Below, in pieces: positions 1 through 12,371 of a DNA stretch of 64,000 nt; position 1 is the stretch's first letter; each line of letters starts with the position of its first letter. A program made the position numbers and the translations under genes. This DNA is from Tubiluchus corallicola (lineage: Eukaryota; Animalia; Priapulida), in NCBI GenBank assembly GCA_030141605.1, contig JAQGDQ010000219.1, forward strand, positions 1 to 64,000, written 5' to 3'. Under the pieces are notes generated by a model that was given only the letters and a program-made list of their open reading frames with translations, was not told the DNA's origin and did no database searches.

Positions 1-1684
1 CGTAATAAAATATTTAAAACAAAAATAACCATGTTAACACTTTTGTGCCAGTTTCGTCTTAGAAGATTATAATCCTTCCTTAATAAAAAACTAGATTTTT
101 GTTTTGACCACAACCATTTAACCCAAAATTACTCAGCTGCTGATTCCGGCTTGCGAAGTCCAAGTTGTATAAAAAAAATTATATTTTTATATTTGTCCGT
201 AAATATAAAGAGATTAGTGAAAAAACATCTTTTGTCGTTTCAGCGTATACCTTTATTAAAAAACTCAAAAGCGAGCACCAAGCATTCAAACCCTTTAACC
301 AGGATGCTGAGCAATCCAACGCTTATTTAAATACTTCATTCTAAAATGATTTTTATTCTGTCTTTCTGTCTTCTGTCTTTATTCACTTGCGTTGGTTTCT
401 TTCACAGAAATTCATTGTCAGACGATTTTTACAAACACAGATCGAAAATTTATTCTTAAAAGCGCGCGTAAATTTTCACGTTATATTATACGTCAAAAGC
501 GCGTGTGACAAGGTCATCTTTCACTGCAGAAAAACAACTTTGGTAAACAAACTAAATCACTTGGGCAACAGCACACGTATGAGCGTCACTAGACTGCATT
601 TTCACTGGACTTCATCCACAATGTCGGTATGACTCAAACCGAGCAGTGCTTTAGTTTCCTACAGCCTTTACACATATTACAAGAAAACTGCATTAAGCTG
701 TATCCATTATTACCTGCTCGTATTAAAGAGAAACAATAAACAATGCCAATCATACTTGGCGTTTCATTTGACTGCAAAGCTGTATAATATGCCAGCTCAT
801 GAGAAATCGATGCGATTGCTCAAGTTTGGGCATCAAGCTAATCACAAGTTAAATTTACTGAGCGCGAACGACATTTCCCTTTCGACAGATTTTTAAATTT
901 TGCGTTCAAATAATAAATTATATTTTCCTTGTGAATGCTGTTCTCTAATTTGGAATAAACATAAAAGATGTGAATCACGACAGTGAATGAGTCTTCCTTT
1001 TTCGTAGCCTATGTAAGAAAGCAAAAAGGTGGTTGCTAAATTGTAAGCCTTGGAAATTGAAACTGCTATTATTACGTAGTTATTTTCTCACCAACGTGAC
1101 AAAAAACAAATGACTTGTTTTGGCATACGCACACTGCTTCCAAATAATAGGGATTTTAAACGCGGCTCCAATAATCCAATGATCTTTGGGGTGATTTTCT
1201 TTCATCTTTCATATCACAACTTTGTATAAAGGTTAGCTTAAGTTGATGACAACATTGACAAGGTTAAGGAAGAAATGATATCGTGAAAATAATATAGGTT
1301 ACAAATGTAAGCAAAACTGAAATGGTGTAACAGGTAACTATAATAATCAGTGAAATTGATTGCTGAGTACATATTCAATTCCCCACCAGAGTCAACGCAA
1401 AAAAACAAATTGGCCGGAAATAGTGCATCAGGGCTTGCAGACATGTGTTTTTTAACTACTAAACACCTTTTTGCATATCATGTCAAATAACGATTGGAGA
1501 TATTTTTAGTTATTGGGACAATTAATTTTGCAAGCTTATGGCAGCCAAATCTTCCTTTTTTAAATGTTTTTCTTCATTTGTAATGAATGGGAACCAGATT
1601 TTTGCAACTCCATTTTGCGTAAAGCAAAGCCCCGTCCGCGTTAATGCAAAGGATTACTTTTAACGATTACATTATTCAACCTAC

Positions 1685-4600
1685 ATGTTTTCTCATCAAA
1701 GGGTTAATGGTTGTCTGATGCTTTAACAGTAGTTTGCACATTTCCATATTATTGTTTCTAGCTGCAAGATGGAGACACGTTCTACCGTAAACATTGCACC
1801 AATTCGCGTCTTTCTCTGTGGCCGATCCAGCAGCTTGTAATAAAAATTCAACGACATCTGGAAGAAAAATGCTGAATTAAACTCCAATTACTTTTTATCC
1901 CATACTCTCATTAAGTCAACGGTATCCTAGTCGGTCTGTCTATGTATTAGTCCTTTCACCTCCGAAGCAAAATCTGTAAAACTAGAGTCATAATCATAAA
2001 GTGTCAACGGTGTCTTAGTCGATCTGTCTATGTATTAGTCCTTTCACCACCGAAGCAAAATCTATAAAACTAGAGTCATAAAGTGGAGCTCAGTGAATAA
2101 ACTAATCTACACCAACGACTTTAGAACAAGTCACTTCAGCAAAATAATTTGGTGTCATTTTAAAAATCGCCGACTACACATGTAAAGTTCATAATAAATA
2201 TGCTGGTTGTGGTCGCTCGCGTGTATAGTAAGCGGCAAAGACCCGTCATGACAGGACTGTTCGCGGTATAGTCATGGACTCCAGATAGCCTAACAGCAAA
2301 TCACTTATAAGCTAAACTACTCACGTATCAAGAAATGGGCCGTCAAAAAAGATATTTGACACCCAAAAAGGGCGGCAAATCCATTTTTTTACTACAAGGC
2401 CTACTTACCAATTCGATTAGTGTAAACCGCGTGATGAAGTGGCATTTCATTTTGTAAGTCGCATATGCGCAAGTCCACTCTTGCAACATTTAACACTCTT
2501 AAAACATCCAAGTGACCTCTCGCAGCAGTGTAATGCACCAGTCTGGAAAAATAAAGGAAAGAAAAATCTATTCTCTTTCTCTGCAAATTTGTGTTTTAGA
2601 ATGTTCGTTCTTTGATCGTAATAAAATTAATTTCGACCATGTAAGTTGTTTTGTCATTTCAAGTTGGTCACAGTTTACCATTAAACCGATTATTCTTTTT
2701 GATGCTGAAATGAATCGAAATGAATTTACTCGTATTATGTCATGTCATGTTATGTCATGTCGTAATTGTCATGGTTTACGCGTACTGTGTACATCTACTG
2801 TGTGCAAAAATGCAAGCAAGAATAATAAATTTTTCGTTAATGATTATATTTCAACATTTGTAAAAATGTCATTCATAAGAAACACGTGTCTACACAAAGA
2901 TATTTCTTTTTAGTTTATAATTGTAAACGTTGAAAATTTATTTGCAGCAATTACAGACTCAATAAATTTTAGGTGAAACCTACAGAGTCTTCACCAAGTC
3001 ACAAATACAGGCTAACTCCTAGTATCTATCAAAAATCACGTGCTAATTAACTAACCTATTGCGCGTAACCCTTTTCTTAAAGGTAACATAAAAAAGATCT
3101 GCCACGAATCCGGTTTCTGCCACGTTACAGTTCGCTACAGTTATTTGTGGCTTCCCACGCAGTTCACATACCACCATTAAACTAATAAAGGCCATCTAAT
3201 AAAGGCAATTAAGTGTGAGGTGTAAACGTTAATGAATTTTGAAACGGTAGTGATTGCTCATTGCTGTGATTATTTTCAACTGAAATGCATTCCCAACGCT
3301 GTTTGATTAATTAAATGCGTGGCTGTGTGTGTTAATCATGTGTCCATATATTCATTGCTCTCTGTTCATCTTACAAACATTTTTGTTGTGTATTGGTAAC
3401 TTGACTTGTATCATCATCACCATCATCATCATCATCATCATCATTATCGTCGTCATCGTCATCGTCATCGTCGTCATCATCTCATCATCATAACCATCAT
3501 TGTCACCATCATCATCATCATCAACTGATAAAAAGCAGCAGCCACTAGATACTTACGTTTTTCCTTGCTTGTCTTGAACATGAGGATTGGCAATGTATTC
3601 CATTAGTTGTACGACTACGATTGAATGACCTTGCATCGCCGCGTAGAAAAGTGGAGTCCATCCACTGTTATCTACCGCGTCCACATTGGCGTTTCCTTGG
3701 TTCATTAAAACTTCGGCGCAATCCACATGACCGCGACTGCAGGTAATATGTAACGCTGCAATCAAGAAATCCCATGATGAACTTTTAATTATCTAATTGG
3801 TAGAAACTCTTTGCGTGTTTTTTCTATTTGTAACATTGAAGTCATACAGTTATAGTGAGTTAAATTTCATTGCATGAGATCAATGTTTTGCTTCTACCCA
3901 CTGGTTTCTCATTCAGTGGATTCTTAAAAGTTGTCGTTTGTTGAGTCACTCTACTTCAAACTATTGGAACCGTATATTATGAATCACTCTATTTCAAACC
4001 ATTGGAACCGTAATCAATAATATTAACTCTTCACTAATCAAAGACAACACTAATATCACAAATAATTTTGAACTTGTTTCCCTACGCAGCCCACCATTAA
4101 ACAACAAGTTTATTCTAATCCTATAATTCTAACGGCAAACTTCGACTAAACCTGCATAAATAAAGGCAGTGGGCTGACAAGCCAAAAGACGAGCCTAAGT
4201 GATATTGGGAAAACCTATACGCAGCGCACGTTTTCAAGCAACGATTATAAATTATATAGACGACCTTTTAGAATATTAAGTTTTGAGATACGAAATAAAC
4301 AAAGGATTTTGTAATATAGGAAATCAGAATTATTGCAAATTTTTAAGGGTCTCTTTAAGTTCATTTTTGTTAGAAAAAATATACGGTAAACAAATCTGAA
4401 TGTAAAATTCATCTTACCAGTAAGCCCATATTTATCAGTAGCAGAAACGTCAGCACCAAAATCAATAAGTTCCAGCAAGGCATCAGAAGCACCTACAAAA
4501 TCGTTTTTTCAACTTAATTAATATTCTGATTGCAGCTTTGATTATGTGTAATAGCTGCATATGCGTACTTTCTTTCTTTGTTTGTATGATTAATTTTGTT

Positions 4601-7600
4601 TGTGTTATTCTGAATAATTAATTCATATTTTCAGATAGGGCATACAACCTGAACATCCTCGTATATTTTTGGTTTAAATTTCATTGTCTTGGTTATATTA
4701 CAAATTTAGGGCTGTTATTATACATGTAAATAGATGAGAGAATCCCAATGTTTTTCGGTCCTTTTAAACGGATTATACATATAGCTTTGTTACGGCGTTA
4801 AAATATAACTATATCTGTCTCATTACTTATAGAAGATAGAAAGTTTTGATGTTCGAATCTGTTTAAACTATGGTTAAATACACGCATTGGTTATTATAAC
4901 TGCCACAAATTACTGGAAATAGCAATAAAAAAGTTTTATTGATTGGTAATACCGTTTTGCAAATAATTACCTTTTAACACTTTATCTATAGACTTATAGA
5001 GCTAGTGAATAATTTGCATTATAATTATTATCAATTTTTGTCATGATGCTGGAAGTATGGATGACGATTTGGAGCAATAAACATTATTTAATTATAACAG
5101 CGATAACTATAACTATAACTATAACTATAACTATAACTATAACTATAACTATAACTATAACTATAACTATAACTATAACTATAACTATAACTATAACTAT
5201 AACTATAACTATAACTATAACTATAACTATAACTATAACTATAACTATAACTATAACTATAACTATAACTATAACTATAACTATAACTATAACTATAACT
5301 ATAACTATAACTATAACTATAACTATAACTATAACTATAACTATAACTATAACTATAACTATAACTATAACTATAACTATAACTATAACTATAACTATAA
5401 CTAAGCACTTCTCTTAGAAGTTTATACCAGAACATGCTGCCCAAAACAATGGTTGTCGGTTATCCCTGTCAACGCTGTTCACGGGAGCATCCCGGTAGAG
5501 CAGTGTGCGCAATGTAGTTAATCCCAGCTCTGGATCGTTCCCCATATCATTGAAACCACACATTTGTGCTGCGTAATGCAATGGGTAAGCACCGTGGACA
5601 TCAGTCGTAGCACAGTCAGCACCACAGTCAATCAGAAGATCGATAAAATCCATTTGACCGCAAACTACAAGTTTATAAAATATATTTATACACAAGGATA
5701 TATAGAGGGTGTGTAACTTCAATAATAAAAATAATTCAAGCTATGGCGCTAACCCTGACTCTTCTGTGACATTTTTTTATGTTTTATATATATAGTAATA
5801 TCTCGAAACATACTGAAATAGTTTAATGAGTACAAAAGATGATTTATTAAAACATAAACTCAATATTTCAACTGCCTAACGGCAGTCATTCTCAGACGAT
5901 TACTTATGTTTTATGTTTTCATTTGTGCATTTTTTCCTGTGCGACTTTCCTTGTATACAATGTTTAAGCCTAATATGCACTGCACATCTGTCTACTGGAA
6001 GCTCAACAGATCAAAGCAGTACAGAAAACAAACATACTGACAGCCCAGTGGATAACTGAATGGCTTTCATCGTCGACTAGGCTTACATCAGCGCCATTCT
6101 CCAGTAAGCACCGAAGCACCTATAGAAAATACAGTTCTGAAATCAGTAGAATTCTAAATCACAGATAATATTAGAAGATTAAATAACATTGGAAGAAAAA
6201 AGATACAGAAGATAGTCATAATAGTTCAAATTATTTAAATTTTGATAGCCAATTAGAAAGTCAGGAAATGGGAAAAAGTTAGAACACAGTTTGAATTTGA
6301 ACCAGGGACATCTGGCTTACAATGGCGACGCCATAACCACTAAACCATCGTCGTTCACAGTGATTATGGCAGTCCAAAGTTTATCTCTTACAGCTGGTCA
6401 GCCATTTCAGCATTTCTAAATCTGACTAGTGATTTAATAAGATTAATTAAGATCACTCTAGTGTGAGCGGTCTAACATTGGAAATGCTGAAATAGCTGGC
6501 CAGTTATAAATTATGAACTTTGGACAGCTATAATCAACAGGAAACACGGTGGCCTAGTGGTCATGACATCGGCTTTGTAAGCCGAATGTCCCTAGTTCAA
6601 ATCCAGGCTATCTTCCAGCTTTTCACATTTCTTGTCTTTCTAATTTGCTATCAAAATTTAATTAATTGTAAACAGTTGTTGGTTTATTGACCAGTAGCTC
6701 AGTAACAGATTGTAAGTCCCAAAAAGGAATAAACAAAACAATACGTTAAATAATAGAATAGCCCAACAGTGTATTTATCTAAGAATAGGTGGGTTTAAAA
6801 ATGTAAACCAAATCTAGATTGTAACTCATGCCGCATGACATGAGCCGCTCCTCCTTCGCCAGCTAGAGGGCAAAGTTCGATTCTTTCGTCCTTAAAGTTC
6901 GCAAACAGCCAAACCGACTGAATCCCGTCCTGGCTTCTGCAGACTGAATGGCACTAGCTGGTTAATTATGTTAATTAAAATAGTTGGTTAACAGTAATAA
7001 ACAATTAGTTAAATGGCTGCGAATGCGTCAGTTGAAATCGTCTACATTGACTTACTACATCCTGTAAGGTAACTAGAAATGTGCGTGCGAAGTTTATTTT
7101 ATGAAACAACAGTTTTTTAATGTGTAATAGCTAATATTTTTAAACTCCTAAAGCTGAGCGTTACCTAAAACGCCAAATATTGTACTTACAATATCACTGT
7201 TTTTTAATCAGTCATTCTGTAAAACCTAATAAGACGTACGTTTTGCTTTTTAATCACATTCAATACTCTGGCAATATTTGTAAGCATCAAATAGCTTGTC
7301 AGACCTTAATAACGGTGTAGTCTAATTACGAAACTTTCATGTTTCCAACATGAATATAATAGCTAAAAGGGCAAGACTAGCTAGTGGTTTCAAGAGAAAG
7401 GGAATGAAAATTTGGAATAGCCTGAGGCCTAGAAGACATAAGTACTTTGCATACGCTATTAGCCAATGAAAGTTGTAAAGAAATGTTTAAAATGTACGGA
7501 CGTAAAAAGCCGATATAAAAAGACAATGGTGCAGCCACTATGTGGGAAAAACAGCTGATGCAGCTGATGCAGCTACTATGTGGGAAAAATGAGGAGATTA

Positions 7601-10600
7601 ATGTGCCGCAAAAACTCTTGAATCCGCCAGAAATGATATTAGGATTCTGCACGTTTTCCATATCAATTGCAGCAGCGCTAATCATCCAGCAACGAGAAAA
7701 GATTTCTAAAGAAGCTTTCTCGTGTCGAATTTCCAGCCAGAAGCAGAATGATAAGCTGATTTTCGCAAGATTATCATTTGCTGCACAGTGCTTAAAGTAA
7801 ACGTTGTCGCGTGCAAAAGTTCTGGTTTATAGATCTGACAATGTGCTACATCTGAGCCAGTTTAGAAATTTTAGAAATGTAACACTGTAGAGCTGATATG
7901 AAAAATTATGTAGTTTCTGGTTTACCAGGTACGCAGCAACATGGCATTTATTATTATATCAAGCCAATACATGATGTTGTGTACTCAAAGTAATTTTCTT
8001 GTAAAAACTGCGATGCCAGATTTGTAAACTGTAACAAGCATTGATTTAAATGTGTATGTTCTTTTATCATTTTACCAACCGTATTGCCTTTACCATTACG
8101 ACATTTGGATAAATCAACGTTTTTCACTGAAATCTAAAAGTTCGACAATAATTACTATGCTTTAAATGTGATAATTAAGATGTTTAAATATTAATGCAGC
8201 TGCTTATAAGGTGATGAGATGAAAAGGTGTGGAAGCGATGTGATAATGATCAAACCAATACCAACAAATCATGTCAGGTACAGTATACAGCATCGTAAAA
8301 CTGTTACAGGAAGACAGGGTGATTTTTCATATCCTACCCCATTTTCAAGTACGGCAAAAGTATACATTTTAACACCAATAATACTGTAAAAGCGTTTCTG
8401 ATAATTAAATAATAGGTTAAAATCTTATTTAACAGCGGGCGATTCCAACTATTGATGACATTACAAACGAACCCAATTTTCAACAGCACAAACATTCTAT
8501 GAGCGTGTTGCACGTGTTTGTGAAAGCGAAGACTGAAGTAAAGTATTACTGTAAGAAACTCGTTGTGTTGTATTAAAACTCGCCAAGTTTTAAGATAAAA
8601 ATTCAAATTTACCGCTAAGCTCACGCGTGAGCTGTCAAACATGTGTGTAGTATGTCATAGACGAACACCTCTTAACTGGGAGGTACAGCACATGTTTTTT
8701 TGTGCAAAGCGTTTTCGAAATGCAAGGGCTAGCGAAATGCAACCCTCTAACTACCGAATGACGACATTTATTCGAACCGCGAAGAAGTAGTGGCGGGAAC
8801 GCGAAATTGTGTGGTAATAATTCTTTCACGTAAATCATTGTTGAAAAAATAGCATGTTCCTTTTCAATATTGTAAAGAATAGTTTGTTTTGATGTACAAT
8901 TTAAAGTGGGTCCGTTTTTCCTTTAACATATCTGTTATGTCACTAATGGGTACCCTTACCTTGATGTAGCCACAAATAACGGTCAAGTGCAATGCAGAGT
9001 GGCCTTCCTCATCTTGTAAATCAATAAGTGATGGGTCGGCGTCAATCAATAATCGAGCACAATCAGCATTTTTATTTTGCGCGCAGTAATGGAGTGCGTT
9101 TTTGCCGGTCTTGTCTGTATCTCTGACTGAAACCTAAAAACAAAGACAACGTAGAAAAGATTGACACGAATCTGCTTCTCTTTTCCCAGTTACGTCGCTC
9201 GGTTGTTAAAATACATGTAACATGTAAAATTGTCAAGACAGGGTCTTCAGAGTCAGCTGCCTTTTCGGGTCGTCAATTTCAGGGCCTTACTAATGGCGTC
9301 AAGGGATATCAAAGAGCAGAGTCAAGGGCGTCTTTCGGTGTCAAATAAACCTCAACTACGCCAAGGGAAACTCATTATCATGGAGCACTAAAAAGCTAAA
9401 TGGCGTCAAGTAAGCGGTAGGGGATCTTGGTTTCTACTAATTATGTGCGTAGTGATGTATACAATGACTGTTCGACGCTTTTTCATCGACAAAATTTGCT
9501 TGACACTGATGGGCTTCATACTTTCGTGGCGTCTTGAAGCTTCTTGATCTCCTTGACGCTTACTGACGCTGTTTAATACCCTAGACGTTACCTGACACTA
9601 TTTAATTTGGACCGCCGGTATCTGACTATGTTCTGGATCAACACTGGTAACAGAAAGTTCCCCAAAGTTGTGTTGGGACTCACTGGCCGAGTGACTATTT
9701 TAGTTTAGTAAATTCATTGGTGTCACGCACATATTGTTACAGATGAAATTTAATAATATTTTCCACACTCGTGAACATTCTTCTTTATTCTAGTTTTAAT
9801 TACTGTTCTACTGAGGAGCTAATCCCCATTATTCATAAAAGAAGCGCGTTTCTTAGAGGTTTAGCTGGTTTGATGTGGTGAGTGCTGAGAGAAAAATGAT
9901 ACCCGATAGTAACCAAAAGCTTTTTTCTGCGCGTCTTCATTTTATTGGCAAGGTCGTCGCCTGATTATCTACCTGCAAAATTTTTTGCCCCATGTTTGGG
10001 GACGATCAGCAAAAAATAACTTATAAGCTTGTTAAAGCACTTGCAGTTATAACAACATTTGCAATAATGTTGTCATAAATCTTACATGTTTCGGGTAATT
10101 TAAATTTCATTAAAAATTTGTTTTCCTCTGCATTGGAATAAAACTTGTTATTATGAAAATAGATGCGCATATTATAAATAACAACAACAATCTTTAAATA
10201 AGATGCAAGATCTGAAGATTTTAAAGCAGTTTAAATAAAAACACAATTTAAAAAAAAGTATATAATTTATCCTTTTAAGTTTTGTTTTACTTACATTAGA
10301 AAAATATTCAGCACGTTTTCCTGACACTTTAATTACTTTTCTCGGTCAAAACCTGAATTGATCAATATTGTGACAATAAAGAAAAATATCAATACAAGAG
10401 TGACATGCGATCGTACTAATACAGCTAGTTTTTTTCATTATTTTGGTCTTGGTGAAACATCAAGGATAATACATGCAAATTGATTTTGGGGATTTCTTAG
10501 CAAAAAGTTGTGGGGAAGTGCTAAAATGTTTCTAGTTTAATTTTAGAAGAGCTTACTTTTTGTATAACCCTGTCGAAATATTGTCCATAAGTAAAATGCG

Positions 10601-11244
10601 GAATAGTAAATTTTTCATTTAACAAAATAATTGAAACTTCCATCTGTGACTGCAGCGAGGATGCAACAGTGTGCTGTTAGTTTGCTGTGAGCATATCAAC
10701 TGGTGTGGTTAAAATTAGTAGTAAGCCGTTTATGTTAATATAGAATTAAAATTACATAATAATTTAACGGTCATGCTGAGGATGGTTTACGTGAGACTAC
10801 GACAATCTGAACGGTTCGCAGCTAAAATTGCGCCAGCTATTTTGATATTTTTACCTCCATTTTTTTAGTCTTGAAGTTGTAATAATTGACTGAAATAATT
10901 GAATTTTTTGCTCAGTGTATGGCAATTTAAGACAAAAAAGGTGAAGCGGAATTTGAAAGCTATCATGTGCATGCACAGATAGATACACAGTCTGTAGAAG
11001 TTTAGGAAAACGTATGCTGCACATTACGAAAAGGCACTTAAAAAAACTTTATAACTTATATAAGACTTACGTCGCTTCACATTAAAATGTTCTTTAAAAA
11101 CTTGCTAATTTATATAAGACTTACGTCGCTTTGTATCAACATTTTGACGGTCTGCTCATTTTCCTGTTGACAGGCTGCCATCAGAGATGTTATACCTCCT
11201 CTACCGCGAGACAGCATGCGAGAAAAATGATTTCTTCCCTCCAT
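1685..11244 (-). CDS. Ankyrin-repeat protein (invertebrate inversin-like / Drosophila CG42672-like family), N-terminal part; 3' exons not found in the window
   Basis: Coding exons with GT-AG ends and consistent phases: 11244-11125 (MEGRNHFSRMLSRGRGGITSLMAACQQENEQTVKMLIQSD), 9133-8960 (VSVRDTDKTGKNALHYCAQ...GHSALHLTVICGYIK), 6119-6038 (VLRCLLENGADVSLVDDESHSVIHWAV), 5664-5428 (ICGQMDF...GAYPLHYAAQMCG...RQPLFWAACS), 4492-4418, 3755-3557 (ALHITCSRGHVDCAE...GWTPLFYAA), 2542-2409, 1857-1685 (GRTCLHLAARNNNMEMCKLLL). Repeated G-x-T/S-P/A-L-H ankyrin motifs. An in-frame TAA lies upstream of ATG 11244. The family call rests on the remembered PLHYAAQMCG and RQPLxWAAS motifs. Confidence 0.9.
1915..2081. 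repeat. Two-copy tandem duplication, period 88 bp
   Basis: GTCAACGG...CTGTCTATGTATTAGTCCTTTCACC...AACTAGAGTCATAA at 1915 and 2003, with few mismatches. Confidence 0.9.
3410..3523. repeat. Imperfect (CAT/CGT)n microsatellite
   Basis: Direct inspection. Confidence 0.9.
5103..5402. repeat. Perfect (ATAACT)50 hexamer microsatellite
   Basis: 300 bp without interruption; it produces the spurious poly-IT and poly-SY ORFs. Confidence 0.98.
5861..5897 (-). ncRNA. Degenerate minimal hammerhead-like motif (Penelope-type terminal repeat remnant)
   Basis: Minus strand CTGAGAAT-GACTGCC-GTTA-GGCAGTT-GAAA-TATTG, followed by AATAAA. It has the CUGANGA...stem II...GAAA layout with one core mismatch. Confidence 0.45.
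6231..6667. mobile_element. Palindromic (foldback) element with a tRNA-Thr(TGT)-like cassette in each arm
   Basis: Arms about 6231-6416 and 6481-6667 are diverged reverse complements around a central hairpin spacer. tRNA-like units lie at 6282-6355 (-) and 6543-6615 (+). Confidence 0.75.
6543..6615 (+). pseudogene. tRNA-Thr(TGT)-like pseudogene or SINE head
   Basis: A box TGGCCTAGTGG, anticodon arm TCGGC-TTTGTAA-GCCGA, B box AGTTCAAATCC, damaged acceptor stem, TTTT downstream. Confidence 0.7.
8308..8922 (+). mobile_element. Non-autonomous DNA transposon, Kolobok-like (AGG...CCT termini, TTAA target)
   Basis: Ends AGGAAGAC... and ...TTTTTCCT|TTAA. It is homologous in reverse orientation to 54757-55564 and 42757-42870. 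Confidence 0.7.
9240..9640. mobile_element. Decayed foldback/MITE with GCGTCAAG / CTTGACGC subterminal repeats
   Basis: GTCAAG-type motifs in the left half are mirrored by TTGACGC/CTGACGC motifs in the right half; boundaries are approximate. Confidence 0.5.
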
Positions 11245-12277
11245 TTTCCTGGCCGTAGATTACTTTATTGAGGCCTGCCTTTATAATAACTTCATGCGAC
11301 AAATTGATCGAATTTGCAACAGTTTTAGATTTGAAACCTCAATCCTGAAAACAAAATAATGTTAAAAACCTGAGGTAAATTTCTCTGTATACAACGGTAC
11401 CTGAAATGAAAGAATAATTGAAACTTTATTAAAACAAAACTCTAAAAGAAGCTTGAAACTCGAAAACGACGAAAACGATAGTAAATTTGATAACAAAACT
11501 TGGGAACTTATAAGATGTACACGTGCTGATATAATTAGTGTGGTTTAGTATAGTGATATAGTTGAAAGTGTGGTTTACGGTGAAAGATCAATTTGGTCAA
11601 CACAAGAACGTTTAGTTCAGCAATGAGACTTGTAGTAACTCAAAGTACCAGAGGAGAGTTTGATTTTAATGGGGTAGTCGGCGGCGTTGAATGACTGGTT
11701 CGAGTTCAAAGGTCAATTCAACTTCAATTACCAAAGTCTCAGTTCTCTGCTGTCTTGGGTCACTTTGCTTGTAAAAGGTTGTAAATGGTTAACTAAAGCT
11801 GTCTTTTGAATTCAGTCACAATACTTACAGCTAGATTAGCTAATATTTATATTTTTGTAACAAACAAATTACAATATTTAGCAGCTACGTAAGCTCGTGT
11901 ACGCAGTTAATGAAAATATCAATACTAATTTAAGACAGAAATGAATTACGACAGCTGAAAAACAAGAAAATAATTTATTTGTTAAAAATTTATTCTTCAC
12001 TGCCAATCCTTACGTTATATATTATTAAATTACAGGCCCATTAAAATAGCATTATTAGAAAAGCACGCGCACATTTCCCGCAGTTTTACAAATCTTGTTT
12101 TTATTGATTTTAGTTAATGCTCGCTTGCAAACTGAAACCGTACAACTGTGCAGGTTTCGCACCTTGTAAAGCTTCCTTGCAAAGGATTTGCGTGACGGTA
12201 AGAATAAATTCTCTGCATGGCTATGATTCCCCATAGTCCATGCAAGTCAGTCAAGGCATTATTAACTCGTCATGTAG

Positions 12278-12326
<49 letters not shown>

Positions 12327-12371
12327 TGTGTGCGTGCGTGCGTGCGCGTGCGTGCGCGTGCGTGCGTGCGT
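12278..12371. repeat. Compound (TA)n(GT)n(GTGC)n microsatellite
   Basis: Direct inspection. Confidence 0.95.

Noticed and set aside
1-1684. Next exon of the ankyrin gene; possible piggyBac-like element at about 291-1233
   Set aside because: No exon with the expected TPLD-type motif was found, and the putative TIRs and TTAA flanks are too degenerate to call.
5043-5444. Poly-(IT) and poly-(SY) ORFs
   Set aside because: Translation artefacts of the (ATAACT)50 microsatellite inside an intron.
7377-7800. Opposing 102-aa and 86-aa ORFs with small internal duplications
   Set aside because: No recognisable domain; probably part of a decayed repeat in an intron.
1685-11244. Naming the ankyrin gene INVS (inversin)
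   Set aside because: The motifs fit a separate invertebrate ankyrin family; orthology cannot be shown without phylogeny and the C-terminal exons.
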